Positions 14,731 to 28,363 of a DNA stretch of 64,000 nt are shown here, one piece after another. Origin of the DNA: Eledone cirrhosa (lineage: Eukaryota); NCBI GenBank assembly GCA_964016885.1, contig OZ024756.1, forward strand, positions 4,836,001 to 4,900,000. Direction: 5' to 3'. The notes beneath the pieces were generated by a model that was not told the origin of the DNA, searched no databases, and saw only the letters and a program-made list of their open reading frames with translations. The position numbers and the translations under genes were made by a program. Positions within the stretch are counted from its first letter, which is position 1; each line of letters starts with the position of its first letter.

Positions 14731-15568
14731 TGGAAGATCTATTGTCGTCTGTGGGAATTAATACATTTATTAGAAGGCATTTTTTCTTTGTGGTCTTTGA
14801 CTATAATATATGTACAACATTTGGCTATATCTCCTTAACATGTGATATTTTGGAAACGATCGCCAAATTACGAGACAAAGGAAACCATTTCCATTACTAG
14901 ACGTTAGTCTTCCCTCCCATTGTTGAAACTATCTGTTGTTCCTGGCAGAGGGGTCACCCATTGTTGAAACAATCTGTTGTTCCTGGCAGAGGGGTCACCT
15001 ATCGTTGAAACAATCTGTTGTTCCTGGCAGAGGAGTCACCGCTTTCTTGCTGACAGAAGGCGCTATTAGAACAAAGAAGGCACAGATCCGAAATAGATAC
15101 CCCCAAAGGATGAGAGACCCAGTTGACCTTGACAGGATTTGAATTCAGCGAGTGCACACAGCCGGAAGGAATACTCAAAGAATTGTAACCGACGTTCTAA
15201 CAACTCTTCCAATTCACCATTCATTAGTATAAAAAAAAAACATAAAAAAAGTGAAAACTATAATTTATGAGAAAACAGACATATTTCTTATCTGTGCTAA
15301 ACCACCTTTGCCCCTGTCATCACCATACCTCTGTCTATGATAATTTTTAAATCATTTTGAAAACAATGAAGAATATGTTGGTAGTTAACTTACATATTAT
15401 TAAGATGTTGTTAAGAACTTAACCACCAATATCATACGTCATTAGAGAAAGAAGAACAAGTTTCACTAGACATTGCTGGGGTGCAAAAGATAAGATCATC
15501 AGCGACGTCCATCATTGGGAACTGAATAGGTACATAAATGTGGTTAAACCACATTATATCAAACCTAA

Positions 15569-15757
15569 GGGTGGTGGATTGGCAGTATCGGTAGAGGGTC
15601 GGACGCCATGCTTTCCAGCATAGTTACGTCCCTTTACGATCTGAGTTCAAATCCCGCCGAGGTTGACTTTGCCTTTCATCCTTACGGGGTCGATAAAATA
15701 AAGTACCAGTAATGCACTGGGTAATTGCTGGCCTTGTGCCTAAAGTAGAAACAATTA
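15569..15757 (+). mobile_element. tRNA-derived SINE, second family (copies at 14310-14447 -, 16290-16435 +, 20307-20460 +, 21565-21783 +, 23456-23541 -, 32843-32961 +, 40543-40730 -, 43035-43170 -, 43595-44240 + split, 49763-50008 +)
   Basis: TGGCAG A-box-like head, GAGTTCAAATCC B box, and central GACTTTGCCTTTCATCCTTACGGGGTCGATAAAATAAAGTACCAG domain repeated in all copies. Confidence 0.85.
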
Positions 15758-16044
15758 TATCAAACCTACATAAAGCAACTGTAGGAGGATTCTGATTGCT
15801 TTTTTTCTTTCCAAGGTTGAAAAATAAACCTCATTTGGTCAATCCATGAGAGTATCTTTGTCAGCCTATGGACGTTTCAGCTGATCTTCATAGAATAAAG
15901 ATTCAGTTGCTCTTCAGATCCTCCTCCAAGTCAGACCCCACAACTCTATTAAAGTTTAAAGGTCATTTTTTTTTTATATTTAAAAAAAAATGCATGTCAA
16001 AGAGTGTGGTTAATCCGTATGGTAAGCAAATAGTGTCTCACGTG

Positions 16045-16270
16045 ACTGCCTCCCCACAGCCCCGGCGAACAGGATGGAGAAGGCGTTTCCTCGAAGGATG
16101 GTAAGAGAGATGCATTGGAAGAGCCATTCCAACTCATGAGGTTTACCCCTGCGGCTGGCCAGCTCAGCGCCTATGGTGGTGAGTAGGGAGGTAGCCCTAG
16201 GGCCAAGGACACCAGAAGTCTCTACTGCCAAGGGCACGAACGCGAACCTGTCGGAGAGCGACCGGTACTC
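16045..16270 (-). mobile_element. CRE-like (restriction-like endonuclease) non-LTR retrotransposon 3' fragment
   Basis: RFAFVPLAVETSGVLGP...LFQCISLTILRGNAFSI, the C-terminal motif of RLE-bearing CRE-type elements. Confidence 0.75.
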
Positions 16271-17639
16271 TATTAAATATTAACGTTATTTACGATCTGA
16301 GTTCAAATCCTTTACGATCTGAGTTCAAATCCTGCCGAGGTTGACTTTGCCTTTCATCCTTACGGGGTCGATAAAATAAAGTATCAGTAATACACTGGGT
16401 AATTTCTGGCCTTGTGCCTAAAGTAGAAACAGTTATTTTTTAATTAACCTTAAGAGCGGTGTATAACTAAACAGGTTAAGGCGCCGGAGAGAATAATTTA
16501 CGTTATTCATTGCAGATGTCTACGCCCTGAGTGCAAATCCAGTTGAGTCTAACTTTGATTTTTATCCTTTTCGGAGTCGTTGATAAATAAGAGACCAGTT
16601 CAGTACTGAAACGATTCCTCAGTCTCTCCTACTTCTCTGGAAATATCGGCTATGATCACCCCTACGGTCTTATTGAAGGTATTTTTTATTATGTACAGGT
16701 ATTGTTTGACTGTTTAGGTTGTTGGTGATGCTAATTACATAATATAATTCTTTTTTTTTTTTTAATTGATTCTAATCAGTGTCGTTTGAGGGTCGTGTGG
16801 ACTTCCATGTCACAAAATACATGTAACTAACCCCAGATACGCATTTTCTTCCTATGTAATGACTATATTACTACAACGGGAAATTAATGAATGAGGAATA
16901 CAGTTAAGTATATTAAAGGCAGACAAATATTTCGTGATATAAATGAACGTATTTTCCGCAGTTGATTTGTTGATAACTGAAGGTCAAGGTTGAACGAAGG
17001 ATAATTGGCGAATATCAAATTATTTAAATATATTCCTATCACGTATTGATGCTATCTGTAGTAGGGTAAACAGACACATGATAGTCGCATGTACTTCTGG
17101 TTCAAACTATTTTCTCATAAAACACATGTAGTGTATTAACTATTGTAGGTTAAAATTATTTATATATTAATATAGTTAATATGAATCATTGTGAGATATA
17201 TAAGTTACGTTCGTTTTGTTTCTTTTGAATCCTCTTCGTTTTTACGTTTGAAAAGGTGGTTTTATTATAGTGAAATATACTGGGTAAAAATATTGCTGTA
17301 TTCTTCCTTGTATACTGCGCAGTTTATTTCACTTTTTGGTTTGGGTGTGGATGGTATACGCCATAATTAAATATTATACACCACAAGCAGGCTTTTCACA
17401 GACATTTTTCTGGTCAAATAGGGGTGCGTCTTATACTCGACTGCATACAACACACGGAACTTTAGGGTACTTTGTTTGGTTTTATTTGTCATGCTTTGTT
17501 CTTTATATATTTCTGCCACATTTTACTGTCTTTCTGAAACTTATCAGTCATTTATATATTGTTAAGTTTAAGCTTCTTTTTCATTTTATTGTGAGGGAAT
17601 TATATATTTATCTAGTGTTACGATTGTCCAGAAAAGCAA

Positions 17640-20135
17640 ATGGGGTTCCATGGGCCAACTACCCCATTGTCATGGCGGATAGAATAGAGAAGGTGTTTCC
17701 CTGGAGGTGGGTGAAGGAGACGCGTTAGAAGAGTTATTCAAGCTCGTGAGACTCCGACATGCGGGTAGTCAACTCCGTGCCGATGGTGGTGAGTAGGTGA
17801 GGTGGTTCTAGGGCCAAGTACACCAGAAGTCTCCACTGCTACAGGTAGCCAACTCCGTGAGTAGGAAGGTGGTCCTAGGGCCAAGTACACCAGAAGTCCC
17901 CACTGCTACAGGTAGCCAACTCTGTGGTGAGTAGGTGAGGTGGTCCTAGGGCCAAGTACACCAGAAGTCCCCACTGCTACAGGTAGCCAACTCTGTGGTG
18001 AGTAGGTGAGGTGGCCCTAGGACCAAGTACACCAGAAGTCCCCACTGCTACAGGTAGCCAACTCCATGAGTAGGGAGGTGGTCCTAGGGCCAAGTACACC
18101 AGAAGTCCCCACTGCTACAGGTAGCCAACTCCGTGAGTAGGTGAGGTGGTCCTAGGGCCAAGTACACCAGAAGTCCCCACTGCTACAGGTAGCCAACTCC
18201 ATGAGTAGGGAGGTGGTCCTAGGGCCAAGTACACCAGAAGTTCCCACTGCTACAGGTAGCCAACTCCATGAGTAGGGATGTGGTCCTAGGGCCAAGTACA
18301 CCAGAAGTCCCCACTGCTACAGGTAGCTAACTCCGTGAGTAGGAAGGTGGTCCTAGGGCCAAGTACACCAGAAGTCCCCACTGCTACAGGTAGCCAACTC
18401 TGTGGTGAGTAGGTGAGGTGGTCCTAGGGCCAAGTACACCAGAAGTCCCCACTGCTACAGGTAGCCAACTCCATGAGTAGGTGAGGTGGTCCTAGGGCTA
18501 AGTACACCAGAAGTCCCCACTGCTACAGGTAGCCAACTCCATGAGTAGGTGAGGTGGTCCTAGGGCTAAGTACACCAGAAGTCCCCACTGCTACAGGTAG
18601 CCAACTCCGTGAGTAGGTGAGGTGGTCCTAGGGCCAAGTACACCAGAAGTCTCCACTGCTACAGGTAGCCAACTCCATGAGTAGGTGAGGGGGTCCTAGG
18701 GCCAAGTACACCAGAAGTCCCCACTGCTACAGGTAGCCAACTCCATGAGTAGGTGAGGTGGTCCTAGGGCCAAGTACACCAGGAGTCTCCACTGCTACAG
18801 GTAGCCAACTCTGTGGTGAGTAGGTGAGGTGGTCCTAGGGCCAAGTACACCAGAAGTCCCCACTGCTACAGGTAGCCAACTCCGTGAGTAGGTGAGGGGA
18901 ACCTAGGGCCAAGTACACCAGAAGTCCCCACTGCTACAGGTAGCCAACTCCGTGAGTAGGGAGGTGGTCCTAGGGCCAAGTACACCAGAAGTCCCCACTG
19001 CTACAGGTAGCCAACTCCGTGAGTAGGTGAGGGGAACCTAGGGCCAAGTACACCAGAAGTCCCCACTGCTACAGGTAGCCAACTCCGTGAGTAGGGAGGT
19101 GGTCCTAGGACCAAGTACACCAGAAGTCCCCACTGCTACAGGTAGCCAACTCCGGGAGTAGGTGAAGTTGTCCTAGGGCCAAGTACACCAGAAGTGTCCA
19201 CTGCTACAGGTAGCCAACTCCATGAGTAGGTGAGGTGGCCCTAGGGCCAAGTACACCAGAAGTCTCCACTGCTACAGGTAGCCAACTCCGTGAGTAGGTG
19301 AGGTGGTCCTAGGGCCAAGTACACCAGAAGTGTCCACTGCTACAGGTAGCCAACTCCGTGAGTAGGTGAGGGGAACCTAGGGCCAAGTACACCAGAAGTC
19401 CCTACTGCTAGAGGTAGCCAACTCCGTGAGTAGGGAGGTGGTCCTAGGGCCAAGTACACCAGAAGTTCGCACTGCTACAGGTAGCCAACTCCGTGAGTAG
19501 GTGAGGTTATCCTAGGGCTAAGTACACCAGAAGTCCCCACTGCTACAGGTAGCCAACTCCATGAGTAGGGAGGTGGTTCTAGGGCCAAGTACACCAGAAG
19601 TACCCACTGCTACATGTAGCCAACTCCGTGGTGATGGTGGTGAGTAGGGAGGTGGTCCTAGGGCCAAGTACACCAGAAGTCCCCACTGCTACAGGTAGCC
19701 AACTCCGTGAGTAGGGAGGTAGTCTTAGGGTCAAGTACACCAGAAGGCTTCACTACTGTGGGTTCGACCAGAAACCTGTCGTAGAGCGACCGATATTTGG
19801 AAAGTTTACCCTCCTCGGCCCGAAGTGCAGCACAGCCTGGATTCGTCCCAGATTGCACCAGGTTGCCGCTGAAGAATGTGTCGCTGCATGTGGCCTCTCA
19901 GATGAAGGGTTTACCAACGTGAAACGGGAAGATGGTCAAGCCGTCTGGTATTTTGCCGTCTCCTCGGTCCAGCCCCACCGGCTCGAGCTCGGAGGGGAAA
20001 CCTGCAACATCCAAGCCATGCTTTATGATCTCGTTGAGAGCAGCATGGCTTAGAAGGCGGCCGGCACTGTAGCAACAGGACAGCGGGTGGTGGCCGAAAG
20101 AGTCTATCAGAGGAGTTTTCCGGGAAAGATTGTCA
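17640..20135 (-). mobile_element. CRE-like non-LTR retrotransposon 3' fragment expanded by an internal minisatellite
   Basis: GHHPLSCCYSAGRLLSHAALNEII..LEPVGLDRGDGKIPDGLTIFPF..AEEGKLSKYRSL. The element resumes at 17640-17790 beyond the array. Confidence 0.8.
17790..19745. repeat. 67-71-bp minisatellite, ~29 copies
   Basis: Unit TAGGGCCAAGTACACCAGAAGTCCCCACTGCTACAGGTAGCCAACTCCGTGAGTAGGGAGGTGGTCC; starts at 18220 and 18287. Confidence 0.95.
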
Positions 20136-20587
20136 TGGTTAAAGAAACAACGATATGACAAAAAAAAAAACTATGAAGTTGGAGTATAAATAAGATGAAA
20201 GAAGCTGCAAATCTAGAAAAGAAAATCGTTAAGATACCAGAGATTAGACATGTCTTTTCTATTAGGTAAGCACATCCATCTATCCTAACATATTCCATAA
20301 TATGAAGGAGGAGAATTGGCAGAGCCGTTAGAACACGGGATAGAATGCTTTATGGTATTCGTTTGTGCTCTCTACTCTCTAAATTCAAATCCCGTCGAAG
20401 TCAACTTTGCCTTTTATCAATTCGAGATCGATAAAAAAAGTACCAGTCAAGTACTGAGATTGATTCTTCCTCTATATTTCTTTCTCACTTCCATTCTCTC
20501 ACTCTCTCTATCCTTCTCTGGGAGATATCTGAGGTATTCTGACCTGGAGAGGAGATGGGTTCTGCCGGGTTTAAAAATGCCATAGAA

Positions 20588-21440
20588 ATGCCGTATGTCA
20601 ACACGATGCACCTACGATTACTTCGGGAGTTACACGACCATCTAATGCCGTATGTCAACACGATGCACCTACGATTCCTTCGGGAGTTACACGACCATCT
20701 AATGCCGTATGTCAACAAGGTGCACCTACGATTCCTTCGGGAGTTACACGACCATCTAATGCCGTATGTCAACAAGGTGCACCTACGATTCCTTCGGGAG
20801 TTACACGACCATCTAATGCCGTATGTCAACAAGGTGCACCTACGATTCCTTCGGGAGTTACACGACCATCTAATGCCGTATGTCAACACGATGCACCTAC
20901 GATTCCTTCGGGAGTTACACGACCATCTAATGCCGTATGTCAACATGGTGCACCTACGATTCCTTCGGGAGTTACACGACCATCTAATGCCGTATGTCAA
21001 CAAGGTGCATCTACGATTCCTTCGGGAGTTATACGACCATCTAATGCCGTATGTCAACAAGGTGCACCTACGATTTCTTCGGGAGTTACACGACCATCTA
21101 ATGCCGTATGTCAACACGATGCACCTACGATTCCTTCGGGAGTTACACGACCATCTAATGCCGTATGTCAACATGGTGCACCTACGATTCCTTCGGGAGT
21201 TACACGACCATCTAATGCCGTATGTCAACAAGGTGCATCTACGATTCCTTCGGGTGATACACGACCATCTAATGCCGTATGTCAACAAGGTGCATCTACG
21301 ATTCCTTCGGGAGTTATACGACCATCTAATGCCGTATGTCAATACGATGCACCTACGATTCCTTCGGGAGGTACACGACCATCTAATGCCGTATGTCAAT
21401 ACGATGCACCTACGATTCCTTCGGGAGTTACACGACCATC
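20588..21440. repeat. 57-bp minisatellite, 15 copies
   Basis: Unit ATGCCGTATGTCAACAAGGTGCACCTACGATTCCTTCGGGAGTTACACGACCATCTA. Confidence 0.96.
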
Positions 21441-22620
21441 CATTCACCTAGCCATTCACCTAGCCATACAATGTACTGTATTTTTCTTACCTTACCAAAC
21501 ATGGAACAATCCTGGAACATATACAAATCATGGCTTCGATATCATTGCTTTATAATGGGCAATGGTAGGGCGGTGAATTGGTAGAAGAACGTCGGAGAAC
21601 ATGCTTAGCGGCATAGAGTTATGGTCTTTTACGTTCTGAGTTCAAATTCCGCTGAGGTTAGCTTTGCTTTTCATCCTTACTAGTTCGATAAAAATGAAGT
21701 ACCAGTAATGCAAAGCGGTCGATTTAATCGACTTTCCCTTTCTCCCAAAATTGTTGGCCTTGTGCCTAAATCAGAAACAATTCTACTCGGCAATGCTGTA
21801 GCCTCTTATCATTAGAAGATTGTTTTCTACACAAGTAGATAATAGTAAAGTCATAAATATCTTTACAAGAACGAAGTCTGTACAAAAGGTTTCATGCTGC
21901 TTTGTTATAGCTATACAATGTTAAACAATTAAATAGCAAACATTTGTTTTACTGTTTTGGTCTCAGTACAATGTAGATGTATGAGTTTAGTGTAAATCCT
22001 TTATATTGTTTTGATTTTAAATCTTAAACAATTGCAGAAATAACCGGTTGATTTAACAAGAATTGAAGACATTCTAAACGTAGTCATCCTAAAGCAAATA
22101 ATTATAATTATAGTTGCCCACTTTGAATAATGTAGATGCACGTGGCCTTGTGGTAAGGGTGTTGGACTTACAATCGTAATCCCTGGACTGGCTTGTGTGT
22201 TGTGTTCTTGAGAAGAATTCTTCATTTCACGTTGCTCCAGTATACTCAGCTGAAAATGAGTACCAGCAGTAGCTCGGGGTTTAACCCAGCGATGGACTGG
22301 CGTCCTGTCCAGGGGGAAGTCTTATCCATGGAAACCAGGATAAGCAACGGCTTCAAGACATAGGAAAACTGTGAATAATAGTTCAGAAAATCGGGTAAAG
22401 TACTCCCTGAGACGAGAAAAATACTGGCCATAGATGGACATGTGGAAAATCTGCAAGTTGTCTACTGATGCTTACTTGTTTGGAGCATCCAAGTCCACTC
22501 AATGCGACAGACATGTTAAAAGTTGGAGGAGATATCTTAGACTAAAATATGGAGTACCGTGTGAAATCTGGCAGGTTCTTGTGTAACATAATGGCATAAT
22601 CGTTCTCTTTCTACTTCTTC

Positions 22621-22705
<85 letters not shown>

Positions 22706-22932
22706 CAATACATTAACAGAGAAAGCCTTAAGCTATACTCTGACTGGCTTCCATCTCACTCAACACACATTAGAATATACCTTAGTATAATCCCAATTTT
22801 ACGTTTGGGGTGCTAACTATATGTATTTTGCGGAAGGCCAGTAGTATTATTTTATATGAGACAATTAAAATATATCTCCTTTTCCAAACAATTGTTTCAT
22901 TATAAGTTTTCTACAAGTATATATATATATAC

Positions 22933-22987
<55 letters not shown>

Positions 22988-23071
22988 AAAGTTCTATTTA
23001 AATTGTTGGGATACAACAAGCAAATATTTTTATAACTGATATAAAGCACTCAACAATATATTGGAGTAAAC

Positions 23072-23435
23072 ATACGATATTAACAAATGGAAACTATATT
23101 TATAAAACCATATTTATTTCATTATACATATTTCAAGGACACCAAGTTAAATTATGGTGTGCTTTCATCAGACAAAATATAATATAGATCAGTTTTATAA
23201 ATAAATATTGACATACCCTTAAAAAATGCAACCATTACTGTTGGAAGACTATCCGGGAGCTTCCAACAGTAATGGTTGCATTTTTTAAGGGTATGTCAAT
23301 ATTTATTTATAAAACTGATCTATATTATATTTTGTCTGATGAAAGCACACCATAATTTAACTTGGTGTCCTTGAAATATGTATAATGAAATAAATATGGT
23401 TTTATGAATATAGTTTCCATTTGTTAATATCGTAT
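23072..23435. repeat. Fold-back palindrome carrying two HHR-like motifs (family also at 27885-28050, 29130-29290, 37880-38153)
   Basis: ~175-bp near-perfect arms. CUGAUGA-AAGCACACCA...UGGUGUCCUU-GAAA-UAUG-UA at 23336-23382; stem I is weak. Confidence 0.85.
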
Positions 23436-23632
23436 ATATATATATATATATATATAATTGTGTCTACTTTTGGCACAAGGCCAGCAATTACCCAGTACAT
23501 TACTGGTACTTTATTTTATCGACCCCGTAAGGATGAAAGGAATATATATGTATATAATATATATATATGTATATAATATATATATATATATATTATATAC
23601 AGTATATATATATATATATATATAAATTATAA

Positions 23633-23861
23633 ATGTAAGCTATCACCATATTTTGACTAAAGAAATTAAAGAAATTAATTAGCCTGATAGTGAGGTTTAG
23701 AACCCTCGGAGAAATGGAAAAAGATGAGTATTGACGTACATGGGATTACGTCAATACTCATCTTTTTCCATATCTCCGAGGGTTCTTAACCCCACTATCA
23801 GGCTAAATAATTTCTTTAATTTCTTTAGTCAAAATACGGCGATAGCTTACATTTATAATTT
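23633..23861. repeat. Fold-back palindrome within (TA)n
   Basis: ~105-bp arms centred on GACGTA-CATGGGAT-TACGTC; no intact HHR seen. Confidence 0.88.
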
Positions 23862-23895
23862 CAAACTCGCTCGCTGTTTCGAAAATATTCTTACT

Positions 23896-23943
<48 letters not shown>

Positions 23944-24331
23944 TATAAAGTATGTCCATAGAATCATTTGATAAGATATATACACCATCTCCTCTCCCAA
24001 TCAGCATAATCAACCACACAAAAAAAAACAATTAAACCAGGCTATAAGATTAAAAGGTAACTATGAAGAAATAATAGATAAATAAACGACAGCCATCTAT
24101 TCACGATCAACAGCTATAGAATATTTACCCACCATTTCAATAGCACGTGGAAATCGATTAAATATATCGTCAACCATACACAATTTGGTATAAAGTTAGA
24201 AGAAAAATGTATATAAACATACCAAGATTACGTTTCTACCCCTTGGGATTTCATTCGCTTTTGGAAATATCTGATCAAGGATAAATTCACGAGCTTCGAA
24301 ATCACCAGGAAACAAACTCACTTGGACGAAG

Positions 24332-24392
<61 letters not shown>

Positions 24393-24397
<5 letters not shown>

Positions 24398-25033
24398 TAT
24401 GTATACGTACATACATATATGTATACAGACGTACAGTAGTATGTATATATATACATACATGCACTCACATATATATATATATGTACGTATGGATTTACCG
24501 AACATTTATTATAATGCTCGGTTTGTTTGTAAACAAACATCCCGAATTAAGCCGTACAGTGTTTAGCAACCATCGTTGCCCTTTTGTTCAACACTGACAA
24601 AGGAACGATGCACTAGTTTCAAGCTTATTAGCTATCGTCAGCACCGTATACCTTCCTGCCAGATGATTGAACGTCTGAAAGTATATACTTTCCTTATGCA
24701 TATTAGCGGCTGAGCAGCCTAATTTGCATATCGAGTGAGTTAATCGGCCGGGCGCACCGAAAACGATAAGTGAAAAAAATGAAACGAAATTTCATTTCTC
24801 ACTGTACGGCTTAATTCGGGATGTTTGTTTACAAACAAACCGAGCATTATAATAAATGTTCGGTAAATCCATACGTACATATATATATATATGTGCATGT
24901 ATGTGTATATATACATACTACTGTACGTCTGTATACATATATGTATGTACGTGTACATACTTATATTTAAGTAACAGCCGTACTAAGAGTGAGAAATGAA
25001 ATTTCATTTCATTTTTTCCATTTATCGTTTTCC
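24393..25033 (-). mobile_element. Second, diverged copy of the ~0.5-kb non-coding HHR element, with inverted arm
   Basis: Homologous to 9080-9870. Minus-strand HHR at 24606-24646 (CUGACGA...GAAA-CUAG-UG, non-cleavable GUG). 24801-24963 is inverted relative to 24393-24561. Confidence 0.8.
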
Positions 25034-25122
25034 TATCATTAGGACCGGTCAATCTCCTGCCTTTAGTTTTTCATTTCAATGTTTATTTTTTAATTTTTAG
25101 TACGTAAACTGTGTAGGTGTTA

Positions 25123-25220
25123 ACCTACTACTACTACTACTACTACTACTACTGCTGCTACTACTACTACTACTACTACTACTAGTAGTACTACTACTGC
25201 TGCTGCTACTACTGCTGCTG

Positions 25221-25253
<33 letters not shown>

Positions 25254-25285
25254 TTACTACTACTACTATCACCACAACCACCACC
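25123..25285. repeat. (CTA)n/(CTG)n microsatellite
   Basis: Direct reading. Confidence 0.92.
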
Positions 25286-25670
25286 GGTTGAGAAGGTCCA
25301 GAGCGGTGCTGGGGCCTAAGTGGGTGGTAGAGATGATATAATAGTATATTAAATATCAAATGATACACACACACATATATATATAGCGACAGCCGATCGA
25401 CTTTCGTCATATCGGACCGAGGAAACAACGCTTCCGTTGGTTTTTCCAATTGCTAATACTATCTATCGGTCGCAACTCCAGGTAGAAGGAGCAAAGTGAA
25501 ATAAAGTGTCTTGCTCAAGGACATAACGCATCGCCTGGTCCAAGAATCGAACTCACAACCGCACGATTGCGAATCCAGTTCTCTAACTATTCAGCCACGC
25601 GCCTTCACACACACACACACACACATATATATATAAATGAAATAAAATAACAAGGACAATCGGTTACTTT

Positions 25671-25765
25671 TATTGGTTTGTGACGCGTGTTTCGCCACTG
25701 ATTAGCTCAAGGTTCGATCTGTATCGATATGACCCGTCTCTGTAATCTGCGGCTCGTCAGCCCCC
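25671..25765 (-). ncRNA. Hammerhead-like motif with long (~60 nt) stem II
   Basis: CUGACGA-GCCGC...GUGGC-GAAA-CACGCG-UC-ACAAACC-AAUAAA. Stem I is not paired in this copy. The 3' half recurs in the palindrome at 32590-32840. Confidence 0.55.
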
Positions 25766-26269
25766 TTGTAATGGTAAAGGAGATACCCATACCCCAAACT
25801 CCCTGGGTATATATATGTATATATATGTATATATAATTGGTGAGGGATGCTTAAAGCGTCCGTAAGCGGTAGGCCGTTTATATATTTTGACTATATGTTG
25901 GTTGTTTACCGACACCTCAGTATGCAGATGGAGCACTCGACGAAGTACGCCGGTTGGTTTGTTTACTCCGGAGTAATGTAAAATAACTAAGTCAAACATG
26001 TCAAATTTGGCTTCGTTTATTATAAATTCTCTGCTATATATAAATCAGTGACAGCCATTATTGGCTGTGACCTCTTCAGGCAGTATGAATTAATGTGGAA
26101 AAGACAGGTAAACATGTTGTTGAAATGTGTTCCACTCTGTAAATACATCGATATGTCCAGCTCCTGGTTGTGTTGTTTGGCCTCCGAGGAACTGGAATCA
26201 TATAGACTCTCTCTCGAAATAAAGTGTGTGTATATATATGTATATATTCTAGGAGAAGGAAAACTCTGA

Positions 26270-26620
26270 TATAACACTTGCAACCCTGATGGTATCCAAT
26301 GATGTTGACTTGTTCTTCTTTACGGTAAATATCATCTTGGTTAAGGGAGTGGGACTGGCTTTGTGCAGTGCCTTTGCTCACTATAAAAGCTTCACGACAC
26401 AGTCATTGCTTTGTATCTGGAGATCTCTCTGCAATTGTCGTCACATGGTACCATAGGCCCAGCACTATGTGTCAATAATTTTTACAAGTGTAGTGTTTGT
26501 ACCAGAGTTTTCAAGTCGCTGGCTGGACTAAAAGGTCACACTCGTTCAGCGCATCGGTAGGGGTTCTCCTACATGGATATAAAGTAGTGGCCGTACTCGA
26601 AAACGAGTTGGCAGCCACCA
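26270..26620 (+). mobile_element. Degenerate RTE-like LINE 3' end
   Basis: Ends in a C-x2-C..FSSRWLD/GHTRSAH zinc-finger-like remnant and a TGGCCGTACTCGAAAACGAG tail. Confidence 0.45.
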
Positions 26621-27207
26621 TATATATATATATTTATATATATATATATATATAGGGTCATATTTGTTCCTATTACCCACTCTACTACACTAAGTATTGA
26701 GTACTTTGGTGCGTTATGGTCCATCTGGTTCCTTTGGCTTAGTGGTTAGAGCATTGGGCTTGCAATCGAAAGGTCGTGAGTTCAATTCTCGGACCGGGTG
26801 ATGTGTTGTTTCCTTTAGCAAGACACTTTATTTCACGTTGCTCCAGTTTACTCAGCTGTAGAAATGAGATGATAGGACTAGGGTCCCTATCATTAAATCA
26901 CCCAAGACACCTCCAACGAGATATACCTTGGAGGAGGCCAGCTAAACCAGCATAGGTGTGAGCTGTAACAACAACAACACACATACACATATATATATAT
27001 ATATAAGAAAATGGGTTTTTTTTTTAATGAAAAAAAAAAACGAGATGTCCTACACGAGTGAAAGTATAAGGAAAAGAGATGAAATCGAAAATGCAACTGG
27101 AGTCTTTTTAAGAATATTTATTTGTTTCCTTTCACAGTTCTTATGCTTTTCACAAGTAGAATTGAGATAGAGGGTTTGTGGATTTACGCGTATATATATA
27201 TGTATAT

Positions 27208-27537
27208 AAAGAGTGAAGAATAACATGGTCAACAGTACAAAAAAAGGGTTTTATCTACAGTCTAACAATTGTTTCACTGATTAAGTTGTCTAAAAATTGG
27301 TGAACACTTGGAGCTGTGCCACTCAATTTTAAATACGTTGTTAGCTTAACCATATCATCGGAGAATCTGTTATATGTTCAGTTTTTTCGAATTCAAATTC
27401 AAATTACAGCATCATTAAAATTGAGTGGCACAGCTCCAAGTGTTCAGCAATTTTTAGACAACTTAATCAGTGAAACAATTGTTAGACTAAATAAAACACT
27501 TATTTCTACTGTTGACCATGTTATTCTTCACTCTTTC
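27208..27537. repeat. Inverted repeat with spacer, containing HHR 3' half (GAAA-CAAUUG-UU-AGAC)
   Basis: ~120-bp arms. On the minus strand CCGAUGA at ~27355-27361 could complete a long-stem-II HHR. Confidence 0.8.
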
Positions 27538-27720
27538 AATATTTTTACTCTAAGATAAACCTACATAGGGATGCAAGTGAACTCATAAACTCCTCATCTA
27601 CGTAAACCTCTTGTTGAGTCAAACAACGCCGTACGCTAAAACTATCCATAATACGAAGTATTCACAACCTCTAACTGGATTAACTATAACGATATTTTGT
27701 TATCCTTTATATATATACAG

Positions 27721-27760
<40 letters not shown>

Positions 27761-28050
27761 TATATTATATATATATATATATATATGTAGATGTTATATT
27801 TAATTTGTTGGGATACAACAAGCTAAAATATTTTTATAACTGATATACAGCACTCAACAAATTATTGGAGTAAGAAGCTCCAACCGCTAAGGTTGCATTT
27901 TTTCAGGGTACATCAATATTTATTTATAAAACTAATCTGTATTATATTTTATCTGATGAAAGCGCACCATAATCTACCTTGGTGTCCCTTGAAATATGTA
28001 TACTGAAATAAATATGGTTTTATAAATATAGTTTCCATTTGTTAATATAT

Positions 28051-28121
<71 letters not shown>

Positions 28122-28268
28122 GAGTTATAAACTCAAATAGTCTTTTACAATTAAATAGCTCAAAGAAAGGAATATTTCCGAGCCGTGTAATACAAATGAA
28201 TATATGATAGAGATAAACACTGATACAAGTATACATGTGTTCGCATTGCAAATGACCAAGTTAGCTAG

Positions 28269-28363
<95 letters not shown>

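Noticed and set aside
20485-21451. 320-aa and 298-aa repeat ORFs as genes
   Set aside because: Explained by a 57-bp (3n) tandem unit; no recognisable domain or splice context.
22476-22541. Possible 66-nt minus-strand exon (TTTTAG|...|GTAAGC; SKISPPTFNMSVALSGLGCSKQ)
   Set aside because: Good splice signals but no recognisable homology or partner exons; cannot be supported without RNA data.
26735-26800. tRNA gene
   Set aside because: The A/B boxes run into the SINE core, so this is a SINE head rather than a cloverleaf tRNA.
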